Assembly: GCA_022428205.1 (NCBI GenBank)
Contig: JAKMCW010000068.1
Location: forward strand, 473-64,472
DNA length: 64,000 bases
Direction: 5' to 3'
Source of the DNA: Flavobacteriales bacterium
GTDB lineage: Bacteria; Bacteroidota; Bacteroidia; Flavobacteriales_D; Sanyastnellaceae
The notes under the pieces were generated by a model, which did no database searches, was not told the origin of the DNA, and saw only the letters and a program-made list of their open reading frames with translations. This document shows, one piece after another, positions 38,001 to 44,179 of this stretch (position 1 is the first letter of the stretch; each line of letters starts with the position of its first letter). The position numbers were made by a program, and so were the translations under genes.

Positions 38001-41000
38001 GGAAGAAGCCTGTGGCAGCACGGGCGCTGCAACGGTGACTTTTACTGCCACGGATGACTGCGGAAACGCTGCATCCACTTCGGCCACGTTCAGCATCATC
38101 GACACCATTTCACCAGACTTCAACGGCTCTTCCTACACCTTTGAGATTGCCTGTGACCTCTACGACGAGACCACACTATACGGCCTCATGGTGGACGACG
38201 TGTGCGGACTCGATACCGTCTATGTGAGCGACATCGTCTCCGTGAGCGGAGGATGTCCCGCCGGATACCTGCGCACGTACATGGCACTGGACGCCTGCGG
38301 CAACAGCAGCACCTTCCAGCAAGCTGTCAACCTGATCGACACCGTCGCTCCGATGTTCACATCGGTGCCTGCGGACTACGTGGCCCTCTGCCATGAAAAC
38401 CACCCGCTTGACGATGCTTCGGCCACGGACAACTGTGCCGAAACCTTGTCCATCACGGTGACCGCAGACACGACAGCTGGGGACTGCCCTCAGGCTTACA
38501 CCGTGACGCGCACATTCACCGCAGAAGATGGGTGCGAGAACACCACAACGGCCATTCAAGTCATCCAGATAGTGGACACCTTGGCGCCGAGCTTCGCCGA
38601 GGCCCTTCCCGGAGACATCACCGCGGACTGCCACGCAGTGCCCACAGCCGCCACTTTGACGGCAACGGATCTCTGCAGCGATGTGAGCGTAACCTTCGCC
38701 GAGGACACCACACTCGGCGACTGTCCCCAGGCCTATGTGCTGACACGCACTTGGAACGCTGCTGACGCCTGTGGCAATGCCATCTCACACACCCAAGTGG
38801 TCAATGTGCAGGACGTAACCGCGCCCAGTATTGATACACCCGCCATGGACCTCACAGTGGAATGCGACGGACAAGGCAACGTGTTTGACTATCTGAACTG
38901 GCAGTCTTCACAGGCCGGAGCCACAGCGTCAGACTTGTGTGGAACCGTGACCTGGAGTCATACCGTGGACAACACGTCGGACGCCTGTGAAGGCGCTACC
39001 GGCAGCAGCACGGTGACCTTCACCGCCACGGACGAATGCGGCAACAGCGCATCCACGACGGCCACCTTTACCATCGCAGACACACAAGCGCCCATCATCA
39101 CGGCTGAGGGCCTCGTAGAAGTCATGTGCGCCGATTACAGCGCTGAGGCCGCGTATGGCTTCTCCGCAATGGACGCTTGTAGCGACATCAGCTTCACCAT
39201 CGCGGACACCGAGGTGGAAGGCTCATGTGCCGGCTCCTTCGAACGGATTTACACCGTCACCGATGCCTGCGGCAATGAGGCCACAGCGACCCAAATCGTG
39301 CACTTGTATGACAGCATCGCACCGGTATTCACATCGGTACCCGACAATGCCGACCTCCAATGCGGCAGCGACTTTGGCACGGATGCCTTGGGCATGGCGG
39401 CCGCCGAGGACAATTGTGACGGCGACGTCAGCATCACCTACCTCGATGCCATTGCGGACAGCACCGGCGCAGATTGCTACACCATTCAAAGGGTGTGGAC
39501 CGCGACGGACGCTTGCGGCAATGCAAAGAGCGTGACGCAGACGATCACCATCTCAGACGATGAAGCCCCCGCGCTGTCGGTCAGCTTCCCTGCCGATCTC
39601 CAACTCGAAGCCGATGCCACTTGTAGTGCGGCAACCGGAACGGATGAAACCGGTGAGCCTAGCGCAAGTGCAACGGACAACTGCGACCTGGACGTGCTCG
39701 TCTCCATTGCGCACAGCGACAGCATTGCAGACGGATGTGAAGGCGCCTATACCATCTTCCGTACTTGGACGGTCAGCGCTGCGGACAACTGTGGAAACAG
39801 TGCCTCTGAATCTGCGGTGCAAACCATCGCCGTTGTGGATGTCACTGCACCAACCCTGGCGGTCACGGGCCCTGTGGATCAGGTCTTGGATCAGACAGCC
39901 GGATGCGACCTCGACACCAGTGTTGACGCATTGGGAACGGTTGGTTTCGAAGCCAGCGACGCTTGTGACCCCAATCCGGAGGTTACCGTAACCCACACAG
40001 ATGGTCCTTTGGTGTACAGCTGCATCTCCGATGACAGCATCGCCGAGGGTGACTACAGCTTCACACGGACCTTCACGGTGACCGCGACGGATGCTTGCGG
40101 CAACGCAGAAACGCTGAACATAGAACAAACCATCTCTGTCCTCGACCAGTTACCCCCCCAGTTCACAGAGACTTGTGGCTTGGATAACGGCGCATCGGTC
40201 AGCGTATGCTGCGACGACGCGGAAGGTTCTGTGATCATTCCAGACTCATGTGCTGTGCAGTTCCAGGACAATTGTGACTCCGAAGTCGACCTGACCTACA
40301 CCGAGTCCTATGTCGGGGCATACGCACCTACAGCTGACGTGATTTCCTTCTGCTCATCCAGCCTGCCTGCCCCATTTGAGGACGGCGAGACATGCAATGG
40401 CATGGACCCCCACAACTTGAGGCTGTTCAACCTGCCCGGAGGCGAGGCCTTGTACGCGGCTGTCACGCCGGGAACAGTGGAGCAAAGGGCCGATGGCACC
40501 TGGATGCTTTCACAGAGCGTGACCGCTTTGGACGGCTCTGGAAATGGCTGGGACATCGAAGCCACCTTTGATGCGGCACTGGATTGGAACTCATGGGACA
40601 ATCAGGACTTCCCCACCGGCTACAAGCGGGACTGCAGCGCGCTCATTGACGGGCACGAGGAATGGGACTACCGCATCATGCAAAGCGGCACCCTGACAGG
40701 AACTGGCGGCTATACGGGCTCCACCCTTTCGCTCACCCACGCGCCTGCCAACCAATACTATGCCTTCCAGATTGGCATGGCCGCCAACAACATGAACAAC
40801 GCCTATGGGTACAGCGGATGGTTCGCCTACAGCGGAACATTTGACGGGCAAGCCGTGATCGGTTCAGGAGACCTGTTCGGCGACCTTGATTGCTGCCTCC
40901 CCTGGTCCATCGAGCGGAACTACCTCCTCCTCGACGACTGCGGCAATGCGTCTACCTTCGGTTACACCATCGCGGTCAACGGAACAGACTGTTCCACCTC

Positions 41001-41352
41001 CGGCGACGCTGAAGTATCAGGTCAAGGAGACACAGACCATACGCCCGGCATCATTGGCGGCGCGGGAGACGTGGTGCTCGGCAAGAGCCCCATCCGCGTG
41101 ACCAATCTGCAGCCCAACCCCACCAATGACTGGAGCCAACTCGGCTTCGAGGTGTCGGGCAACATGCGGGTACAAATCAGCATGTTCTCCATGGACGGGC
41201 TGCTCATCGCCGATCTCTATGACGGAGTTGCAGCACCCGGAGTCAACCACTCTTTGGACATCCCCGCGGATGATCTGCAGAGTGGCATGTACCAGATTAG
41301 GCTTTCCAATGCCCAGTACATGGTGGTCAAGAAGCTACTGGTGACCGATTGA
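32050..41352 (+). CDS. giant T9SS-secreted adhesin-like protein (3100 aa): 2x domain X, TSP3/Cys-rich repeats, 2x domain Y, ~21 HYR-like repeats, type-A CTD
   Basis: Signal MLSFRNLIILLTLSLTSPIFGQ. Repeated ...TATDNC...RTWTATDDCGN...C.Q.I.I.D modules. C-terminal ...PIRVTNLQPNPTNDWSQLGF...SGMYQIRLSNAQYMVVKKLLVTD. Confidence 0.9.
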   Translation: MLSFRNLIILLTLSLTSPIFGQDLEALLSTEPAQLSPSQIETLAAFTVTIDTIAEDVGVLSDVDLTGYSTYRLYITTNSEQDKVSSIYGDLDEPLSVETTGDFFQSSPIGGVTAEGIIPLVWGTYPSNEFDSYVTVGIDEAPSNEAGELGINLLQSGNDSWVTYFEPEDDSYGGDFEISDLTGGGWFVLPSATNGIAGPEKRVLIAQFTTNGALSGVINAQIFLEGDNINGTVYLTLTLPVEGCDDETACNYDEEATINDGSCLFADAPCESCLNGELVDNDLDDDGVCDDVDDCVGTLDACNVCNGPGEIYDCGCADIPAGQCDCDGNQEDALGVCGGSCAADADNDGICDDVDDCVGTLDACSVCNGPGEIYDCGCADIPAGDCDCNGNQEDALGVCGGSCAADADNDGICDDVDNCTDLSACNFDGTAGGSGDCVTLSLETYVVHTSGNLNGQTTYRLYAVLPNSDDFLSAVKGEGPTPLNITTTTSFYQNEFGGADGTNINAQLFGFDPELQYDSWVTIGHAPEDGPAQINLTTATSPGQDWINIFEGGGDIVMDDTFGGLWSILNDGNTQGLAGDDNKVLIAQLTTDGNIDAQIEVQYFPNYGCCANGGADGTLDLRSHVDLSTACNANNDCAYTDACGVCGGDGTDEDNDGICDDVDDCVGELDICGVCNGSGPQPGFDCNGDPIGDGCSPFCLSLDTPLEDQVFDCPEDLESVSCQTDLTASNFCNEEPVGVSCSLASRRLSETVCNATTALGVGQDGALVLFGIEGYGVASTYYEPTAAGLTLTQYPNSNTAVLEGEVQGTADPTEKWSVYITYENAVSGADWNGGFKSANECTPTSDITDSWTIYTMKNDQSFLMGTGALDGSLLFLNHAPMNAYFGFQVGEMANDRNCDYGAGGWFAWEGQINGQPVAGANGDVLVNLECSENTVAPCDEEIILTYSLVDTACATLTNVEQSFTFLDDVPPTFDNAPADVTLSCNDPLPAIPTLTATDNCTGNPSPVVIFNGEAETSYTADGCRTLERSWLATDACNNTSTHTQTITIEDLDAPVITMTCPADAALFSDADCNAETGIDALGSPTVTATDNCTADPGIELTHEDGATTSTCEGQLTFTRTWTATATDDCGNTAIQTCAQSISIQDLIAPTIAGDTIVTMSCDAYDEATLYAISATDNCSTASISVLSNSAFSGACAGTVLRTYEATDDCGNSSTFEQVINLTDDVAPAVTIACPAGATLAAGPDCTADLSVETLGTATATATDNCDTAPEVEISHTDVLIDLCAGSQRLERTWTATATDHCDNVSTTSCLQVVLIEDVTPPSLTLACPDDAALEVDDMCTASTLPEVTGTPTFETSDNCGGSVAVSLSHTDSDTIPGCGNTFSFTRTWTAVATDDCGNAATATCAQNIALTDVTAPDFGDAAISVSAPCDQLLDPEDPTLVPVEATDNCSEVTYSIAATELSGGCPGTWERVWTATDACNNSSSFTQYVALFDTIAPAITCPLDTVLYLDANCEAALSTALLGMASADDNCSSADEIAISFADGAASLSCTGDDENPEGSRTIVRTFTATDFCDNVTACSQTITLLDTIAPQGSVSNETVACAEFDSMVEYGTASATDNCDSEVAYSWVEDGIISTLCENSYEVQRTYTFVDDCGNSSTAIQVLTVVDDTAPVVIGDMHASLACDAYGDDPEDPANILITATDDCGEVSITFMDLPFSGGCVMPFSTLMRQYNVSDDCGNTTVFLQFIDLIDTVGPVITLDAPAPVQLFSDADCMFNADTSITGVPGITAFDNCSPDVTLTMTMEDGPLDTLCAGSYVFTRTFTVTGEDYCDNATVASSTQEITITDNTAPVLTCPADLTVECDGAGNATALANWLASASALDNCSEATITNDFVGLSDGCGATGAATVTFTAMDDCGNASQCSATFTITDSTAPVVSPAADLTVQCDGAGNTADLEAWLLANGEATAQESCSDATWSNDFSALEEACGSTGAATVTFTATDDCGNAASTSATFSIIDTISPDFNGSSYTFEIACDLYDETTLYGLMVDDVCGLDTVYVSDIVSVSGGCPAGYLRTYMALDACGNSSTFQQAVNLIDTVAPMFTSVPADYVALCHENHPLDDASATDNCAETLSITVTADTTAGDCPQAYTVTRTFTAEDGCENTTTAIQVIQIVDTLAPSFAEALPGDITADCHAVPTAATLTATDLCSDVSVTFAEDTTLGDCPQAYVLTRTWNAADACGNAISHTQVVNVQDVTAPSIDTPAMDLTVECDGQGNVFDYLNWQSSQAGATASDLCGTVTWSHTVDNTSDACEGATGSSTVTFTATDECGNSASTTATFTIADTQAPIITAEGLVEVMCADYSAEAAYGFSAMDACSDISFTIADTEVEGSCAGSFERIYTVTDACGNEATATQIVHLYDSIAPVFTSVPDNADLQCGSDFGTDALGMAAAEDNCDGDVSITYLDAIADSTGADCYTIQRVWTATDACGNAKSVTQTITISDDEAPALSVSFPADLQLEADATCSAATGTDETGEPSASATDNCDLDVLVSIAHSDSIADGCEGAYTIFRTWTVSAADNCGNSASESAVQTIAVVDVTAPTLAVTGPVDQVLDQTAGCDLDTSVDALGTVGFEASDACDPNPEVTVTHTDGPLVYSCISDDSIAEGDYSFTRTFTVTATDACGNAETLNIEQTISVLDQLPPQFTETCGLDNGASVSVCCDDAEGSVIIPDSCAVQFQDNCDSEVDLTYTESYVGAYAPTADVISFCSSSLPAPFEDGETCNGMDPHNLRLFNLPGGEALYAAVTPGTVEQRADGTWMLSQSVTALDGSGNGWDIEATFDAALDWNSWDNQDFPTGYKRDCSALIDGHEEWDYRIMQSGTLTGTGGYTGSTLSLTHAPANQYYAFQIGMAANNMNNAYGYSGWFAYSGTFDGQAVIGSGDLFGDLDCCLPWSIERNYLLLDDCGNASTFGYTIAVNGTDCSTSGDAEVSGQGDTDHTPGIIGGAGDVVLGKSPIRVTNLQPNPTNDWSQLGFEVSGNMRVQISMFSMDGLLIADLYDGVAAPGVNHSLDIPADDLQSGMYQIRLSNAQYMVVKKLLVTD
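32185..32769 (+). other. domain X copy 1 (unassigned ~170-190-aa module)
   Basis: STYRLY...KVSSIYG...FDSYVTVG...GGGWFVLPSATNGIAGPEKRVLIAQFTTNGALSGVINAQIF. Confidence 0.7.
32899..33310 (+). repeat. near-identical 186-bp (62-aa) in-frame tandem repeat, 2 full copies plus a partial third
   Basis: Units start at 32899, 33085 and 33271. Each encodes D[DN]DG[VI]CDDVDDCVGTLDAC[NS]VCNGPGEIYDCGCADIPAG[QD]CDC[DN]GNQEDALGVCGGSCAADA. The DNA copies differ at only a handful of positions by eye. Confidence 0.9.
33367..33873 (+). other. domain X copy 2
   Basis: TTYRLYAVLPNSDDFLSAVKG...TTTTSFYQ...YDSWVTIG...GGLWSILNDGNTQGLAGDDNKVLIAQLTTDGNIDAQIEVQYF. Confidence 0.7.
34297..34839 (+). other. domain Y copy 1 (unassigned ~180-aa module)
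   Basis: ...LFLNHAPMNAYFGFQVGEMANDRNCDYGAGGWFAWEGQINGQPVAGANGDVLVNLEC. Confidence 0.6.
34948..40146 (+). repeat. array of ~21 HYR-like Cys-containing repeats (75-100 aa each), coding
   Basis: Boundaries recur as D-x-[TIV]-[AP]-P (DDVPPTF, DLDAPVI, DLIAPTI, DDVAPAV, DVTPPSL ... DQLPPQF). Each unit contains ...TATDNC... and ...R[TV]WTATDxCGN...C.Q.I. Confidence 0.8.
40375..40896 (+). other. domain Y copy 2
   Basis: FEDGETCNGMDPHNLRLFNLPGGE...LSLTHAPANQYYAFQIGMAANNMNNAYGYSGWFAYSGTFDGQAVIGSGDLFGDLDCC. Confidence 0.6.
41086..41349 (+). other. T9SS type-A C-terminal sorting domain
   Basis: SPIRVTNLQPNPTNDWSQLGFEVSGNMRVQISMFSMDGLLIADLYDG...LQSGMYQIRLSNAQYMVVKKLLVTD. Confidence 0.8.
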
Positions 41353-41385
41353 GGACACTGAGGCCAAACAAATCGCTTGACACGG

Positions 41386-41411
41386 AAAATGCCGCCTTCG
41401 GGTGGCATTTT
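41386..41411 (+). terminator. rho-independent terminator after the 3100-aa adhesin gene
   Basis: AAAATGCCGCC-TTCG-GGTGGCATTTT, followed by CTTTTG; lies 34 nt after the stop codon. Confidence 0.75.
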
Positions 41412-41506
41412 CTTTTGCCCGTTTTTGGACTGGTGGAAAAGAAATGCATTGAATTCGTCAGCGTTGCCGGTCATGTGGGCAGAATTCGCAAGATTTCTTT
41501 TTTCTA

Positions 41507-44104
41507 ATGGACCACCACAATTGCATGCCTATGAGACGCTTCCTTCTCACCCTCCTGACCTTCAGCATCCTCATCCCTACAGGTTTCGGCCAGAATTACA
41601 GCCTTGAAGAAGAAGTGGTTAGCGCCGATATCGGCTTGCTCGTTGGTGCCCTCGGGATCGTAGACCTGACCGGATACAGCTGTACCCGGTACTATGTCAA
41701 CATGGAGAACGCCGACGACTTCATGTCTTCTGTTTCAGGTGATGCGACCAATCCCACCTACGTCAATACCACCACGAACTTCTATCACGCGACGCTTGGA
41801 GCAGCAACACCAAACGGGATCAACAGCCTGCTGTTTCCCGTTTACCCCGATCTCGTCTATGACAGCTGGGTCACCATCGGTCTCGAAGGCGTGCCCAACG
41901 CCGCAGCAGGCGAGGCCGCCGTGGCCACTGTACAATCCACAGACAACCCCTGGTCGACCAACTTCGAGCCTGGAGGCGGATTGCCAGGCAGCAACATCGC
42001 GATTGATGATGCCATCGGCGGTGCTTGGTATGCCCTCAACGGCGATGCCAATGGTGTTGCAGGTGACGACCTCAAAGTATTGGTCGGTCAATTCACGACC
42101 GAAGGAGACTTGAGCGGTCAGCTCTACTGTCAAATCTTCATCAATGGTGACGGATCTGACGAGTACCGAGAGACCTTCTACATCGGAGCCCCCCCTTCCG
42201 TTCCAGGCTGCATCGACGAGACAGCTTGCAATTTCGACGCAACAGCCAACGAGGATGACGGGTCCTGCACCTTCGCTGATCCAGGACTCAATTGTGACGG
42301 CTCATGCATCACCGACACCGATGGCGACGGCATCTGCGACGGCGATGAAGTGCCAGGCTGCACCGACGATACGGCCTGCAACTACGACGACACCGCGACC
42401 GACGACGACAGCTCATGTACCTATGCCGACCCCGGACTCAACTGCGACGGATCGTGCATCGAGGACACCGACGGTGACGGCATCTGCGACGGCGATGAAG
42501 TACCCGGTTGCACCGACGATACAGCGCTGAATTATGACGAAACTGCCACGGACGACGATGGCTCCTGTGAATATGGATGTGCGCCGGAATGGGGTGATCC
42601 CGTGACCTTGCCTTCCATCGCAACTGTGTTGGCCCAAGTGACCATTGCTGGCGAAAATGCCGCGTCAAATGACATCGTGGGCGCGTTCATCAACGGTGAA
42701 CTCCGTGGAGAGGGCAACATCATCGAGTACGAAGGCGGCACCTACATCAACATGACCGTCTATCTGGCGGGAGGCGAAGAGACCATCACATTCGCCCTCT
42801 TCAATGCCGAGGAATGCAGCGTCTGCAACATCGACGGTGAACTGACCTCCATGGGCTTCGGAGAATACGGCAGCTTTGATGACCCCCTCATGTTGGACGC
42901 CAACTGCACGGCCAGCACATTGGAGGTAGAACTCATGGCGGGCTGGAACTACGTATCCACCAACGTCACCCCTGACAACTACGCCATATCTGCGCTCTTT
43001 GAAGACAACCTCGGAGACAACCTCCTCAAGGTGTTGGGCGATGATGTCTTTGCACTTGGACAGAGCTACACACCCGGTATCCCAAGCGTATTCAACTCCC
43101 TGCAAATGCACATGGACGCTGCAGGTTACGTGATCAAAGTTGAAGCCGACGGCACCTGGTCATCAACCGGCGATCCTGTGGATGTTGCGACCACACCACT
43201 CGATTTGAACGAGGGCTGGAACATCATTGGTTACCTGCCACAGGCGGCCATGAACGTAGACATGGCCTTGTCTTCCATCGAAGGAACCATTGGAACGGTC
43301 ATCGACGGACAGAGTGGGACGGTATGGAACCCTGCCAACCCCAATGAATTCAACAGCCTCACTGAATTGGAGCCCGGCCGTTCCTACTGGGTGCGCATGT
43401 TGGAAGCCAGCACCCTGGTGTACCCTTCAGGTGATGCACCAGAGGACGGCAGTGGCATGACGCTTGCACACACCCGCACCGGCGACAACGCTGCTGAAAT
43501 GGCCACCGGCTGGGAGGTCGTGAGGCTCCCCGGAGCCGCTGCCCTCGCGGCAGAAGTTCGGTTGGATGAACTGCCCGTTGAAGGCGAAGCATACATCGGA
43601 GCTTTTGTGGGAGAAACCTGTGTTGCAGCCCGCACTGTTCTGACCCTCAGCGCCAGCACCGCTGCGCAAATGGCGATCATGCTCGAAGGGCCGAGTGAAG
43701 TCTCCTTCAAGTTGTGGGCCGATGGCATCGTCTACTCAGCGCAGGAAACAATGCTATTGGAAGCGGGTGATGAAGGTGGCCAAGGAGGAGACATCCTCCC
43801 CATCATTCGTTTCGCATCCGAAGCCAACAGTGTGGCCATGCAAGACTGGGTGCAGTCTTTCTCCATCGCGCCCGTTCCTGCCAACGGAGAAGCCTGGATC
43901 AACCTCGAACTCGCGCAGGGAAGCCAGGTGAGCATCAGCATCCTCGATGCGCGTGGCGCCATTGTCGACGTGCTCCATGATGGATACCTCAGTGCAGGCG
44001 CGCGGCGTATCGGACTCAACGCAGAACAATGGGCCGCAGGAACCTACTTCGTAAAAGGGGTGAGTGCGAAGGGCACATTCAGTACGCCGTTCATGGTGCG
44101 TTGA
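41507..44104 (+). CDS. T9SS-secreted protein: domain X, Cys-rich/TSP3-like tandem repeats, beta-sandwich-like modules, type-A CTD
   Basis: Signal ...MRRFLLTLLTFSILIPTGFGQ (alternative ATGs at 41525 and 41531). C-terminal FSIAPVPANGEAWINLELAQGSQVSISILDARGAIV...GTYFVKGVSAKGTFSTPFMVR. Confidence 0.8.
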   Translation: MDHHNCMPMRRFLLTLLTFSILIPTGFGQNYSLEEEVVSADIGLLVGALGIVDLTGYSCTRYYVNMENADDFMSSVSGDATNPTYVNTTTNFYHATLGAATPNGINSLLFPVYPDLVYDSWVTIGLEGVPNAAAGEAAVATVQSTDNPWSTNFEPGGGLPGSNIAIDDAIGGAWYALNGDANGVAGDDLKVLVGQFTTEGDLSGQLYCQIFINGDGSDEYRETFYIGAPPSVPGCIDETACNFDATANEDDGSCTFADPGLNCDGSCITDTDGDGICDGDEVPGCTDDTACNYDDTATDDDSSCTYADPGLNCDGSCIEDTDGDGICDGDEVPGCTDDTALNYDETATDDDGSCEYGCAPEWGDPVTLPSIATVLAQVTIAGENAASNDIVGAFINGELRGEGNIIEYEGGTYINMTVYLAGGEETITFALFNAEECSVCNIDGELTSMGFGEYGSFDDPLMLDANCTASTLEVELMAGWNYVSTNVTPDNYAISALFEDNLGDNLLKVLGDDVFALGQSYTPGIPSVFNSLQMHMDAAGYVIKVEADGTWSSTGDPVDVATTPLDLNEGWNIIGYLPQAAMNVDMALSSIEGTIGTVIDGQSGTVWNPANPNEFNSLTELEPGRSYWVRMLEASTLVYPSGDAPEDGSGMTLAHTRTGDNAAEMATGWEVVRLPGAAALAAEVRLDELPVEGEAYIGAFVGETCVAARTVLTLSASTAAQMAIMLEGPSEVSFKLWADGIVYSAQETMLLEAGDEGGQGGDILPIIRFASEANSVAMQDWVQSFSIAPVPANGEAWINLELAQGSQVSISILDARGAIVDVLHDGYLSAGARRIGLNAEQWAAGTYFVKGVSAKGTFSTPFMVR
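41597..42187 (+). other. domain X copy 3
   Basis: CTRYYVNMENADDFMSSVSG...TTTNFYH...YDSWVTIG...GGAWYALNGDANGVAGDDLKVLVGQFTTEGDLSGQLYCQIF. Confidence 0.7.
42275..42574 (+). repeat. 150-bp (50-aa) in-frame tandem repeat, 2 copies
   Basis: ADPGLNCDGSCI[TE]DTDGDGICDGDEVPGCTDDTA[CL]NYD[DE]TATDDD[SG]SC[TE]Y, with units starting at 42275 and 42425. Confidence 0.9.
43859..44101 (+). other. T9SS type-A C-terminal sorting domain
   Basis: FSIAPVPANGEAWINLELAQGSQVSISILDARGAIVDVLHDGYLSAGARRIGLNAEQWAAGTYFVKGVSAKGTFSTPFMVR. Confidence 0.8.
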
Positions 44105-44124
44105 AGCACGCAACCATGCGCATC

Positions 44125-44155
44125 AAAAAAGGCCCGCCAAATGGCGGGCCTTTTT
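44125..44155. terminator. bidirectional terminator between convergent genes
   Basis: AAAAAAGGCCCGCC-AAAT-GGCGGGCCTTTTT. The stem is flanked by an A-run and a T-run and lies between the stops at 44104 (+) and 44180 (-). Confidence 0.8.
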
Positions 44156-44179
44156 CGTGGAACGCATCCTTGAAGTAGC

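Noticed and set aside
34948-40146. Diversity-generating retroelement or cassette-type variation acting on the HYR repeats
   Set aside because: There is no reverse transcriptase gene and no template-repeat/variable-repeat pair with adenine-specific differences. The repeats are diverged at all base types.
41377-41607. 76-aa ORF in the adhesin/next-gene spacer
   Set aside because: It runs through the terminator hairpin at 41386..41411 and into the next gene's signal-peptide region in another frame. No motif is present.
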